Source: Flaccisagitta enflata | Taxonomy: Eukaryota | Assembly: GCA_965153355.1 (NCBI GenBank) | Contig: OZ231126.1 | Span: 14,260,001-14,324,000, forward strand | Direction of reading: 5' to 3' | DNA: 64,000 bases | Shown here: piece by piece, positions 39,445 through 52,556 of the stretch | How positions within the stretch are numbered: position 1 is the stretch's first letter | How the letters are laid out: each line of letters begins with the position of its first letter | The notes under the pieces: generated by a model | The model's database searches: none | What the model was told of the DNA's origin: nothing | What the model saw: only the letters and a program-made list of their open reading frames with translations | Translations under genes and position numbers: made by a program

Positions 39445-39825
39445 ACCGAACAACTCATAACGAGTGATCTATGCCTTGTTTCAACAGAAAAGGAGAGGAC
39501 ACCATCTGTTTCCGCTGATCAGACGACGATGATGCCATGCTACCAGAGCAGACGTCTCCGGCGTGGCACCATGAATAGACCCTCTGTGTGACAATAACCA
39601 TCACGATAATACTTGCCATACGGCCTGACTGAAAAAAAAAACGAATCGACTTGGTCATGAAGAACAATACCAAAGAATGGGACAGAAGCCGGAGAGGTAC
39701 AAGGCTGGATACATGGGCATTGGGCAAGGGTAACAATACGTGTGGATAAGCGAATGTCGGCAACAGAAGGACGGACGAACGGACAAAACCCCCAGGAGTT
39801 GCAGTTGCTGTACTAGCACGTAACT

Positions 39826-40013
39826 AACAAGGCCTGATACACGGCGTTCCATTCCAGTCGCAGACAATTGGGCAGGGGCAGGAATCAAAAAAACGCCTGC
39901 AATTTTTAAATGTTGCGGCGGGACTGACCGACGTGGACCGGTGGACCGACCGACCAACGACCCACCTGACCGACACTGCAACGCATAGAGTAGCGTGTCC
40001 GCGACTTAAAAAA
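39826..40013 (-). mobile_element. Diverged HINE-like element
   Basis: AACAAGGCCTGATACACGGC at the left; (GACC)n and GTGTCCGCGACTTAAAA at the right. Confidence 0.7.
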
Positions 40014-40285
40014 CAAATGTGGGCGTGGTGGGATCGGCGACTCGCAGAGAAGTTTGTTTTGATTTGGAGCGTTGATGCTTAACATGAATCAGTGAGAAAT
40101 TTGTTTTGATGCTTAACATGAATCAGTGAGAAATTGGTGGCGTGACGTGGCAAAAGAAAAACACATTTGTTTTCATTAGCGAACGAATCGCAAAATATGC
40201 ACATATGCTTCTTCTTCTTTTTTGTCTTTTTGATTTATTTATTTATTTTTTTTGTTTTTTGTTTTTTGTTTTTTGTTTTTGGTTT

Positions 40286-40338
<53 letters not shown>

Positions 40339-40490
40339 AGCGTCGCACCAGCTCACAACCTAGAGAAAGAAGAAAAGTTGGCGGCTTAATTAAGTAAGAA
40401 GGAAGTTTGTCACTTTCTCTATTTTAAGAGAGAAGAATTTCATTTTCAGGTAAGTTAAGAAATAAAGATAAGCGTGGGCAGAGCAACTTA

Positions 40491-41169
40491 TTTTGAGGTG
40501 CGCCATAGCACCTCTATAACTAGCTCTGTCTGTTGGTTGGTTGGTCGGTCGGTCTGTAACGATCGAGTTGAAAATCGCTAAAAGAAGCAAAATTTTACTG
40601 AAAACGATCAGAAATATGATATGATGATTTTTTGGTGCGCCATAGCACCTCTATAAGAGGCTCTGTCCGTCCGTCTGTCCGTCCGTTGGTCAAGCTCGAA
40701 TGAAAAATTGCTAAAAATGTTTGAAATCAATTGAAAGCTCATTTCGTTCATCATTGATGATACTCGTCATTTCGTCCACTAAAGTAATCAGCTACGGTTA
40801 GGTCTGATAGAGCTAGGGATAGGTCTGATAGAGCTGGTGATAGGTCGAATAGGTCTAATAGAACTGGGGATAGGTCTGATAGAGCCCGGGATAGGTTTGA
40901 TAGGGCTCGGCAAAGGTCTGATAGAGCTCAGGATAGGTCTGATAGAGCTAGGGATAGGTCTGACAGAGCTCAGGATAGGTCTGATAGAGTTAGGGATAGG
41001 TCTGATACAGCTGGTGATAGGTCAGGTAGGTCTGATAGCTCTCATGATAGGTCTGATAGAACTCGGGATAGGTCTGATAGAGCTAGGGATAGGTCTGATG
41101 GAGCTAGGGATAGGTCTAAGAATAAATCACGCCCGGCGCACCGTCTTGACCCGTGTATCCGGCCTTGTT
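40491..41169 (+). mobile_element. HINE-like element(s), GGTGCGCC subfamily: two 5' ends, internal 21-bp tandem array, one 3' end
   Basis: GGTGCGCCATAGCACCTCTATAA at ~40497 and ~40634; ATAGGTCTGATAGAGCTAGGG x~15 (40799-41118); GGCGCACC...CCGTGTATCCGGCCTTGTT end at 41169. Confidence 0.8.
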
Positions 41170-42096
41170 AAGAATTACGTGAGAAAGCAGTCAAGCACAG
41201 ACGATAAATAATAATTTTGTGGCGTGATCATCACCACGCCGTGATGTTGTTTTGAATGATCAATATTTGCGTTCTTCACGGTAATATTCGTTATTAATGA
41301 GTGGGCGAGTGTTGTTCTTTAAGTAGGTTATACTGATCTGAATTTATTATCATATTATTGGCTAGCACATATTCTTACAAAAGCTTCGGACGTTTAAGGA
41401 GGAGAAACGCGTAATTTAGCTGCTGAGTACTGGTATCAAACTCATTAAAGATTCAATGATCGTTAAATGTTGTTACTGAGACTGAAGTAAGGCGGCAGGA
41501 AAGAGAGAAGCTTGTTCAAATATTATCCTGTCTTCTATTAGCTACATTACACAGCTACGTCGGTCGGTCGGTCGGTCCATCCGTCCATGTATCAGTTGGT
41601 CCGTCTGTTGGTACGTCGGTAACACTTTGCTTTTTTTGGCGTTCAATAGCGCGGGTTCACATTATTCTTTCCGCCCAAACACATAAGCTTTTTTGCCCAT
41701 CCGCACGCGACTTTGGTAAAGTAGCCGTGTTTTTTAAGAATAAAAGAGAGACGCGCGTGCGAGCGCAAAAAATGAGAGGGAAAAAAGAAGAGAAGAGAGA
41801 AACAAAATGGAAAATATCGGTCACGTTCTTCTGCGAAACTTTGCTCTTCTTGGCTCGAGGCTCAAAACAAAAACAAAAACATGGACGACAATCCGGTTGT
41901 TACCCCCAGAAAAGCAGTTTCAACACCAATGGTGGTCCACCATTGTTTTCACCACCACCACAGTCATCACATGCGCCAACCATGCGAACTACCTCAGACT
42001 ACCACGGTTCACGGTACCACCACCAGACAGCATGTATCGGATATAGATGAGCCAACGCCCACGGCATTCCTGAAAAGGTGTTTTTTTCTTGTTTTA

Positions 42097-42197
<101 letters not shown>

Positions 42198-42876
42198 GAC
42201 AGAGGGAAAATGAGAAAAAGTATCAGACAGACGTACAGACAGACTGTCAAAACAGACAAGACAGAGAAAGAAAAGAGAAAGGAAAGAGCAAAGAAACACG
42301 CACACACACTTAGAGAAGGCAAGAAAAAGAAAGAATCAAGAAATAAATTCGTGTTTCAGACACGTTCATGACGTGTTCATTCCACGCCTATACTTTCTAA
42401 GTTTCTAGGGGACTGAAGAGAAACAAGGCCCAGGGTTCTGGGGGAAAATTGAAAATAAAGATATAAGTGTGCTCAGAGGTGAGTATCCAGAACAACATAG
42501 CGAACGTGTGGACAGGTGGAATGAAAACAAGTGCCTCGGGCCGGGGTACAATACCAGCCACGTAGGCTGGGCAGGGTCAACGGAATGGCAAAAAATGCGT
42601 CGAGAAGCTAGAAGAGGCCACTCAACTAAGATACCGGTATACTGGAGTCAAGATATACTAGAAAACTAGAGTCTAGCGCAGAGAAAATTAGAGTAAACGG
42701 AACGTATTGTAGGACAAACAATGCGTCATCGCGGAAAATAAACAATACACACCAATGTCGATTTTTTATATTTGGGATCAATCTGATTCCAAAGGCAGAG
42801 TCAAGCTCCATGTTTGCTCACCAGATTTTGGAATTGTTTTTGCCTCCGTCAATCGAAGAAACTGTCGAGTGTAATG

Positions 42877-43024
42877 TTTTTTAGTTGTGGACACGCAACT
42901 TTATAAGAGGTTTTGTCCGTCCGTCCGTCCGTTGGTCCGTAAGCACGAGTCGAAAAGTGGGAAAACGCGCTTTACCGCCCCTGCCCACCCGTCCGCAACT
43001 GGTGGCCGTGTATCCGGCCTTGTT
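42877..43024 (+). mobile_element. HINE-like element, AGTTGCGGAC subfamily
   Basis: Reverse-complement homologue of 38069-38240. Confidence 0.85.
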
Positions 43025-43816
43025 ACTCGGGCACTTATGTAATCCCTTCGCCTTGTCGCAATGAATGAATGAATTATTCAAATTTAACGTTCTTATAACA
43101 CATGTAAATGTCAAACCTCACTTGCTAATTGCTTATAGCAGATTACACACGTGCATACACGAATATACCGCTCACAATCCACATGTACAAATACTGAACT
43201 TGTCATACTACGCAGTCAGGAGTAGTCAGAATTTTTTTACACAGACCACACACAGCCCATCGACACTGGTATCATCACGAAATACACAGATTTTTTTTTC
43301 ATCACGATGACCATTCACGCTCAGCTAGTAGATAAGTCCATTGTAACGACACATCTCTGACGAAATAGCTTTCATCATTTCCGAAATTGAATGGAGAAAT
43401 AGATGAGATGAATATGGAGACAGACGGACCATTGAGCAACGCGGACGAATCTAAATCATCGCTGGAAGAAAGCAAAGAAATTTTGTTTGAAATTTCTTTG
43501 GAATATAATTCAATTTCAGAGCCCAGAGGCAAAGTCAATGTTTCCACGGTTATGCCATTTTTTTTGTCGATTTTTGTCTTCTCTCTCTCATCCAGTTGTC
43601 TTTTTGGATTTTTTTTTTTTCACCTTAAAAGAATAACTGTTTCGTGTTTTTGGTGTTTGCGATATTTGTGGTTACATTTGCGAAAGAGGGCGTCGTAAAT
43701 CCTTGTTTAGAATGTGCCGCTTGGTTGCTGCAGATCCACTGCAGTGGAAAGACCAAAAAAGAGAAAAGAACTGAATCAACTAATAGTAATACCCCAGAAT
43801 GGAAAGGGGATTTTCA

Positions 43817-44139
43817 CAGGGGTGTATATAGTTGAGCGGCTTTTTGTTTTATTTCCCCCCCCTGCTTTTGATTTTCTTCCCAGCGACGCTTCACATCATG
43901 TTACAAAATCTTTGATTTTCTTCCCCTCAAAGCTATAAAATAGTATATTTTAGGTTTAGATAGTGTCAAATTGTGTTGTAGTAAATGTAATTTACCTTTT
44001 GGTACTACCAAAAGTGTTAGATCTTCAAAAATTTTCTTTTTTCTTTTTTTCAAACTTTTAATTTTCTTCCCCATCTCCAAACCCTTTGATTTTATTCCCC
44101 CCCCCACCGGGGGGAGAAATGCTCAACTTTATACACTAG
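43817..44139. mobile_element. Probable hAT-like MITE
   Basis: Inverted pair GTGTATATAGTTGAGC / GCTCAACTTTATACAC with a CAGGGG left start; the right terminus is degenerate and there is no clear TSD. Confidence 0.55.
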
Positions 44140-44600
44140 GGAAGTCAACTTGGGTTTGTTCCTCGAAAGCGCGAGAAAAAATGCAATGTCGGAATTTTTT
44201 CCCTGCGTTAGAATAGATCCCACGCGTCAAATATGGAAGAATATTCATCAAATGCAATGAATTTCATTCATTTTTGACCAAAATCATGTCTGGGTGATTT
44301 TTTTTTCTCCAAAAAATTTGAGTGAAAAATCAATGAATTAAGGAAGTTCAAAATAAAGGGTTGTTATGGGTCAACTTTGGCCACGTGAGTTAACGTGAGC
44401 TGCATGTCATATCCCCAGAGTATGACCAATTCAAATCTGTTTTCATTTTCACTCCATATCAACGCGCGTTGACGCGATAAAAAAAAAGAAACAGCCTATG
44501 ACTTAGCAAAAGCTACTATGAAATGGTCACAAATCAACAAGGTGTTCGCTAGAGGTCAGTTACACCGATACTATCCAATTGGCTACTCCACCCGTGAGTG

Positions 44601-44767
44601 TTTTTAGTCGCGGACATGCGACTCTATAAGAGGCTTTGTCCGTGTTGGTTGGTCAGTTGGTCGGTCCGTCACGCTCAAGTTGAAAACGATCGGTTAGTGT
44701 GAAAACGCGCATTCTCACCCCTGCCCACTCGTCCGCGACTGGTTTTGGCCGTGTATCCGGCCTTGTT
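44601..44767 (+). mobile_element. HINE-like element, AGTCGCGGAC subfamily
   Basis: TTTTTAGTCGCGGACATGCGACT...GTCCGCGACTGGTTTTGGCCGTGTATCCGGCCTTGTT. Confidence 0.85.
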
Positions 44768-45343
44768 CTTTCTAAATATATAAATTTACGTCCCCGAGGT
44801 CGGGGAAGGGAGTTAGGACGCAAATTCAAGGTCGCGCATCTCAGAATTTGCTCATAAAAGATCATCATTTCACAAGCATAAAAGCTGAAATACCCCTCTA
44901 TCTTTGTAAGCAAACTACTTCTAGAAGAAAAAAGATAGAAGATCGCGCTTGGCGCCATTTTAAAGAACACAAAAGTCTTTCTTTTCATCAGGAATTTTTT
45001 CTAAATTGGTTAAAAAACATCCAAGAAACAAGCTTTCTAAGTTGGATAAAGTCTGAGAAAATCCTATCAATACAATTTCACCCCTAACGTTAGAGGCACG
45101 TCATTTCTTGGCGCCATTTAAAGTACACAAATAAGTTGTATGCAGGTGGGCTGGGTCAGTGTTGCAGTTGGGCAGGAGCACTAATGTTGGTGGATAGGGG
45201 CATGAGGGAGTGAGCAAAGTGAGTGAGCAATCCTATGAGCGGGTGGGTGAGCAAAGCAGAGCGCTGCAAAGCGAGTGAGCGGAGTGAGCGAACAATCTTA
45301 GCGAGCGACCAGCCCTTTCAAAGCAGGATTTTCTATGACCTGC

Positions 45344-45501
<158 letters not shown>

Positions 45502-45654
45502 GAATAAAAAAAACACTCCTGGGCGGGGTCCAAAAACGGATAGTAACGGAGATGCCGATTTCTAGTGTTCGCGTATGAAATGTTTTGTGCGCAGTCAAGA
45601 AGGATCAAATCAATGGCAAAAGTAACAAGACCGTAAATAACTGATACAAAAAAG

Positions 45655-45768
45655 AACAAGGCCGTATACACGGCTACCCCAGTCGCGTGTGGGTGGGCAG
45701 GGGCAGTGATGAAATTGACCAATCAAGCAATTGGGCAGGAGCAGTAAAAAACGCGACTAAAAAAAAAA
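45655..45768 (-). mobile_element. Short HINE-like element lacking the GTCY core
   Basis: AACAAGGCCGTATACACGGCTACCCCAGTCGCGTG...ACGCGACTAAAAA. Confidence 0.6.
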
Positions 45769-45774
45769 GACCGT

Positions 45775-46183
45775 TAACAACTGCAACAAAGACCGTAAAC
45801 AACTGCAACAAAAAAGAAAAAAAAACATCGAGAGCAACAATGCAAACAGCAACAAGAACAATGCAAACAACAACAACAATGCAAACAACAACAGCAACAA
45901 TGCAAACAACCTCAATAAGAACAACAACAAGAACAAGAAAAACAACAATCAAAACAACAACAAGAATAACAACAATGACTACGATGTTTAGCTAAAACAA
46001 AAATTATAAAAACAATAATAGCAACACTGACAACAACCACAACAACAACAACAACAACAAAAATGGAAGCAGTAATAACGTAAGTAACAACAACAACAAC
46101 AACCACAACAAGGGCAATAACAACAACCACAAAAACCACGACAGCAACAACAACCACAACAAGGGCAATAATAACAACCACAA

Positions 46184-46233
<50 letters not shown>

Positions 46234-46296
46234 ACGACAACAACAACAACGACAACAACAACAACGACAACAACAACAACAACAACGACAACAAAG

Positions 46297-46360
<64 letters not shown>

Positions 46361-46380
46361 CGACAACGACAACAACAACG

Positions 46381-46426
<46 letters not shown>

Positions 46427-46428
46427 CG
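45775..46428. repeat. Degenerate-to-pure (CAA/CGA)n microsatellite
   Basis: CAA-rich tract that becomes pure toward 46185-46428. Confidence 0.93.
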
Positions 46429-46663
46429 AGAGATGAGAAGTGTAGTCATCCAATTCTATATGCTTGTCATATGAATTTGGCGTTTTTCATGGTTGGGCCT
46501 TTTCCTATTATTTGTTCAAAATTGCTGTTAAAGCACTTGTTTAATGCCCTTTCTTGATAAAAATGGGTATTTTACGTTTTCCCCCACTAAAAACAATAAT
46601 TATGGTCTTTTTTGGCAAATCTTCTCCATTGAAAAGCCCAAGAAGAGAGTGATGGTGATAGAG

Positions 46664-46853
46664 AACAAGGCCAACACCTATAAGTCGCGTGCGAGACTTA
46701 CAGATTGACTCAGAATGACTTAGAATGACTAAGTTTACCCTAAAATGACTTAAAGAAATAAAATTGAAAAAAAAAGTAAAATGGGGACCGATCGACCGAC
46801 CAACCGACGGACGGACAAAGCGGGGTGTAGAGTTGCGTGCACGCGACTAAAAA
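46664..46853 (-). mobile_element. Short HINE-like element (same ends as 37496-37884)
   Basis: AACAAGGCCAACACCTATAAGTCGCGTGCG...GTGCACGCGACTAAAAA with only a few internal 10-mers. Confidence 0.85.
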
Positions 46854-47672
46854 GTAGACAGAAACACCCAATAGGGCAATTTTACAACTTTTTAGTCGCA
46901 ACGACATAAAATGCCAAAAAATGTGTGTTATGAGGTATCAAATGAAAGCCCTTGCAATGCTGCATCGACTCATACCGGTCATGAGGGGTTTGGAGAAAAA
47001 TTTTTTTTTTCGTTTACATTGCTATATACACCCCTGGATTTTCATTTTCATTCGGCTGAGCCGGCGGGGGCTTTGAGGAGGTGTCGGAGGAGGAGGAGTA
47101 AGCGGCGTAATGCGGGACTGTGCTAGTTTCGATCTTGTATCTTGAAAGCAAGGCCGGAATGTTCATATGAGCAGCATCGGTGGCAGTTCTCAATGTTGCG
47201 ACTAGTGAACAATACAAAACAACATTGTTAGCAAGAACTACACGCGGGTATAACTTGCAGTATCAGTGCATTAGGCCTCGAGTTCATGCCAACATGCCAT
47301 GCAAACCAGAAAAAGTTGAGTGTGATTGACACTGTCATTCTACATATATACTGGTACTAGTGGAAGCGATGGATCGAAAGTCACACTGACCGTCCTACGG
47401 AGACGCCGGGACTCTTCTTAAAACCAGGCTGTTCTCTGTAGTGACGTCAAAACTTAAATAATGACGTTGGTTCTAATCGTAGAATCAGTTTCAAACGGAT
47501 GAAAATGAAATAATAAAAGAAAACCGGATCATAATAGAACTCACTTACAAAGTTTCATTTTCTCGTTTGAAGACAGGACGGAAATCTTCCCTTGTCGATT
47601 AAAAGAGCCATTAAATTCTTCGATTAGGTTGCTGCCGTGGTTGTTAATGATACCGTGATGTTGTTGTTGTTA

Positions 47673-47717
<45 letters not shown>

Positions 47718-48680
47718 TTTTCCCGACGGCGTAGGTAAAACAGCATGCATTATATTACATTTGTTAGATTCGTAAACGATTAGATTGTGTCATACAAGAA
47801 AGTTTTCGGGTGTGTCGTTCGACTCAGCATGAAGCTCCTCTTTAAACAAGATCTCAGGGAGGAGTGTTCTGCTCAGCGAGGGCAACGGTTAATTGAACAG
47901 TAATGACTAATGAGTAAAAAATACCCGTCGGCAAAACTTTTTCCCAAGATCTGGATGATATGCTCTATAACATTGACTTAATTCCAGTGTATTTAGTATT
48001 TACTGTGTACTGTTTTCTTGGTATCTTTATCATTTCATTTTTTCTTCTCTTGGAGATTGCTCGATAGATTAAAATAATTATCAGTATATATAGAATGGAC
48101 GCGAAATATTTTTAGATGAAAAAAAGTTCACTCCATCTGTGTTCTAATTCATTTTAAATGAAAAGTTAACTTTTTGAACAGTAAGTTGACGATTGCCTTT
48201 GCTTTCTTTTTTCATATTAAGCTAGACTTCTTGATAGCCGAGTTGTGAATCACCAGTAAAGAAAAACACAAACTGAACATAAATTCCAAACCACTAAGCC
48301 GATCGTAAACTTAGACGATGCAGGAAAATGTCAATTTGAATAGCGGGCGGGTGGTTAAAAATGATACTTTTTTTCTTTTTCCTGAAATTTCTCTTTGATA
48401 CTCTTTTTTTTTTTCTGAAGGAATGGATCAACATTTTGTTCCTTCCGCTTAAAACGAAACGTTTTACACCCATTATTATTGACATAAGAATCTCTTCCTA
48501 TGCCAGATCGGTTGTACAGACTTTCTTCCTTGATAGACATGGGCGTGGTTGGATGCAGATGGATGGGAAAAAATTTCAAAGACGATACTGATCTTTTGTT
48601 TTTATCAGGTTTTCCCGTTTGGGCGAAGCTTTAATTCGTGTAGATTCGGGTTGAAATGTATTTAACACAGCTCTCACCTT

Positions 48681-48765
48681 GCCCTAACGCTAGCTCTGAC
48701 CCTAACCCTAACCCTAAAACCACCCCCAACCTCAACCTTAACCCTAACCCTACCCCTAACCCTAA
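48681..48765. repeat. Degenerate interstitial (CCCTAA)n telomere-like repeat
   Basis: CCCTAACCCTAACCCTAA and variants. Confidence 0.7.
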
Positions 48766-49868
48766 ATAAAAACCCGCTTAGAAAGTCAGTAAAACAAAAG
48801 ACAGCACCGAATTCGAAAACAGTACCGATGGGGGAGTAGGTGGAAGATGATGGATCTGAATGGAGGTGGTTGGATCTGGATGGGTGATAATGCGTGTGGT
48901 TGGATGTGGATGGGTGTGGATAAAGTAACATCTGAGCCATTGTCTGTCGAGGGGATCGAAGCTGATCGAATCGTTTGCACAAATAAGATAATAGTCAACG
49001 GGTTGGACACTGCCGTAGAATTCCAATTGTGTTTTACATTTGCATAAATAAGAACAAAATGGTTCATCTTCGATTTGATGGATCAGTGGATAGATGGACG
49101 GATGGTTGAATGATTCGACTGATTGATGACTGTGATCAAGAATAACGATAGAAGTGATTAATCCATAATAAGCCGGGAGAGCTGGTACAGCACTATTACG
49201 TTGTCCTAATTTGTCTATCGAAGAGAAATGGCCATTTAAAGACTAAAGATGACATGGATGGAGGTGCCATTAAAACGATGCGGGTCGAGATCGCGAGAGT
49301 CTTGACTTAGTTTAACTTTAAGTCTCGGAGCGAGTCGACAGAATTCTCAAACATACCGGTTACCGCTTCCGATCTCATACGTTTTGTTTTGTTTTTTTTT
49401 TTTTGTTTTGTTTTGTTTTGTTTTGTTTTGTTTTGTTTTGTTTTGTTTTGTTTTGTTTTGTTTTGTTTTGTTGCTTTGCGGGTTAGCTCAAACTGCCATT
49501 TGAAGTGCTATTGCTTGGTAAAAATACATTAAATTCATTTTTCATTTCCGTTTTTTTTTTATTCTTAAAAGTATCATTTACTGATTTAGTTTTCTACACA
49601 CAGCTAGAAAATATTCAGGATGAATATACAAATAGGTTTACAACATCAAGCGCTCAAACATTAAAAAAACGTCTCAATAAAACAATTCATACTGAAGTTG
49701 GATCAAAATGGCGAAGCATTGGTAATAAAAATACTGGTTTTGGTTTTGGTTTTCGTTTTGGGACTATAGTTAATGTTGAAGTACTCCTGCATCCAGCGCG
49801 CCCTCCGACACCCCGGATCTTTTTCTATCCATCTTAAGGTTTTACTATCAAGAAACAAGATCCGTAAT

Positions 49869-50337
49869 CAGAGGCCTGTAGAGGCCTATACACCCTATAC
49901 AAAGTATAAGGGCCCGGCCCTCAGGGGGGCCCGGAGGGCCCCTGAATTGTGTGAGAAATGAAGAAAAAGAAGGGGGGAAACAGAAAAGAAGAAGAAAAAG
50001 ATGAAGAAAAGGAAGAAGGAAAAAAAAAAAAATGAAAAAAAAGATAAAACTAAAAAAGAAAAAGCAAAAGAAAAGAAAAAAAAAAGAAGAAAATAGAAAT
50101 GAAAAAATGGACAGACACCCCGACGAGGTGTGTGCGTCACAGGCCGCGCTTCGAAACCATGCTGTCACCATTACGCTTTTGTTTTCTTTTGCAAGCCATT
50201 CTCTGCTTGTGCTATGAAGTTGCTGAAGAGGGCACAGAGCATCTTTCTCGCTGGATAGCAAATGGGGGGGGGGGAATGCAATGGGGGGCCCAGTTTTTGG
50301 ATTGTATAGGGGCCCGGAATTCCTCTACTGGCCCCTG
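49869..50337. mobile_element. hAT-like MITE with GGGCCC-rich ends
   Basis: TIR CAGAGGCCTGTAGAGG / CCTCTACTGGCCCCTG (14/16); flanks CGTAAT / CGTTAT could be a decayed 6-bp TSD. Confidence 0.7.
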
Positions 50338-50577
50338 CGTTATAAAATTCAATTGATATTATCTGCTCATTGCTTTGGCCCCGTATATATCACAACCAAA
50401 AAGGGATTATCTTTAGTTTATCAGTATCTTTAAGTGCAAATAAAAACGAAAGATTTAGTCTAAAAAATGTATTTGCCGCTGCCCAACCATATTCAGTCGG
50501 TCGGTACTACTTTGTTTAATATTCTCAGGTATGATCATAGCTCCTTTTTCCTTTAGTCATTTGAAAATAATTTACGA

Positions 50578-51183
50578 CGCAGTGTACGGGAAGAAGAAAT
50601 TTCATGCGTCAATTCAATTTTTCAGATATTTTTTATATCATCTTTTCTTAATTTTTTTTGTTAAAAAATCATTTTTTAAATGTTGAATAATAAATTTTTG
50701 CATGGATAATCTCTGACGTACACATTTGATATACATAATGTATTGAAATAAGGTAGAAAAAAGAAGATTTTTTAAAGAAAATTATACTTTGTCATCTTAC
50801 TTTTAATAGGTGAAATTATATCATCGCATAGAAATAAAGAAATTTGCATTTTTAAAAACATGGCCTCTTTATAAAAACATATAAGGAAATGGCCATGTTT
50901 TTAAAAATGCAAAATTGTCTTTACTGAGGCCGGGATATAATTTCACCCAACAACGTTTTGAAATCTTGTTCACCATTTTTCTAAGGAATTCAAACATTTA
51001 ATTTCTAATACTGATTGTTATGAAACTATAGTTAGTATTCTGGGTTTTAAAACATTGTTAAAACTCTTTATACATTAAATCAAAAATACTTAACTGAAAT
51101 CACAATAATATTTTAAGATTATGAATCTATATCACAAGCTAAAAGTAACATGAAACCAAAATTTCCTGTTCCTGTACACCATG
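50578..51183. mobile_element. AT-rich MITE with imperfect ~21-bp TIRs (Transib-like CAC-type ends, degenerate)
   Basis: GTGTACGGGAAGAAGAAATTT / AAATTTCCTGTTCCTGTACAC (18/21); internal palindrome ATTTTTAAAAACATGGCC...GGCCATGTTTTTAAAAAT. Confidence 0.6.
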
Positions 51184-51639
51184 ACTTACATGAACTTTCC
51201 GCACATACGGTAGACACCTGCTTGGGAGCTCTCGATTTTTAACAGGTTTCGACGAAAAAAGGAAAATAAAACCGTAGGATTACGACTCCAGATGAGAAGA
51301 AAATTCAGAGAGACCGAGTACGGAGGGAAGCGGTGTCGGGAAATGTTCAAAACGAAATGATTTCGAGTGAATTTTACGACGAATCTTACGACGAATTTAC
51401 TTTCCAGTAGGTCCTAAGGAGAGAATAAGACAAAAACAAGTTAGATAGACTGCAGACGAACTAATTCAATTTAAGGCAAGCAAGCAAGCGTTTTTGTGGA
51501 ATTCAATGGAATGAAAGCAAACGTTTCTTCCATGGTTGGGTAAAACGCACAAGAAGAGTAGAAAAAATTGTTCACCATGCAACGCGATGATATAGATATA
51601 ACAGACCGAAAGACAGACAAACGTACAGACAAAAAACTG

Positions 51640-51696
<57 letters not shown>

Positions 51697-51846
51697 CAGA
51701 GAGAGACAGAGACAGAGACAGAGACAGAGACAGAGACGCAGAGGAAGACGAACTGACTAACCAAGAGCGCCAGAGTATGTACAGTAGAGGGGAAGAGCTA
51801 CCTTTCTTAGAGCCAGTCATAATAACATGAAAGTAGCGTCCCTATA

Positions 51847-52556
51847 CACTTTTTTCTTTTTATAAGCACGCATCTTTTTCAGCTGAGGCTGAGCGTGCTT
51901 AGCAAAATCTCATTTTCAAGGCTAAAATGTGCTTAAATGTGTGCTTATCAATTATTGGTAAGTAATTATCCTATTCAGTATAAAACTAAGTACGGAGTAG
52001 GGTATAGAAACAGTATAGCATAGAGTATTGTAAAGTATAGAATGAGGTATAGTATAAAATAGAGTAATGAATGTATTTTGTATAAAAATATAGTATCTTT
52101 AACTGACGTTGTCCTACTTTCATATATACCATGGGATAAAATAAGTATCTTGATTTAACATGAACTTTTCTTAGATTTGTATTGTTATATAATATCATAA
52201 TATATCATTCTTTTTAGGTGGTCCTTAACATTGTGTTATAGTAGTAAAGTCTTAGTAACAATAGTATTTTAACAATAATATTCTTAAAGATTATGAGAAA
52301 TTCAATTATTTCTATCCTGAATGTACTGACTGATTGATAATATAGTTAATTTCAAATTCTATTAAAGTTTCTTTTGTTTTTTTGCAAAATTCCAACTAAA
52401 AATATCTAAAAATTGGCATATTTTTAAAAATTCACCAAATTTTTTTTTCAAATTGGAAATCTCAGCCTGGAGCGTGCTTAGCAATGTGCTTAAATTTTCT
52501 CAATATTTGAGGCTGGGCGTGCTTATAAACGAGGTGCTTATAAAAAGAAAAAAGTG
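51847..52556. mobile_element. TA-TSD MITE (Tc1/mariner-type), copy 2
   Basis: Perfect 23-bp TIR CACTTTTTTCTTTTTATAAGCAC with TA on both sides; homologous to 34988-35755. Confidence 0.88.

Noticed and set aside
40837..41211. ORF with IGLIELG heptad repeats resembling a leucine zipper
   Set aside because: It is the translation of a 21-bp minisatellite inside a non-autonomous HINE; no independent coding evidence.
48681..48765. Telomere or chromosome-healing site
   Set aside because: Short, degenerate and internal, with ordinary sequence on both sides.
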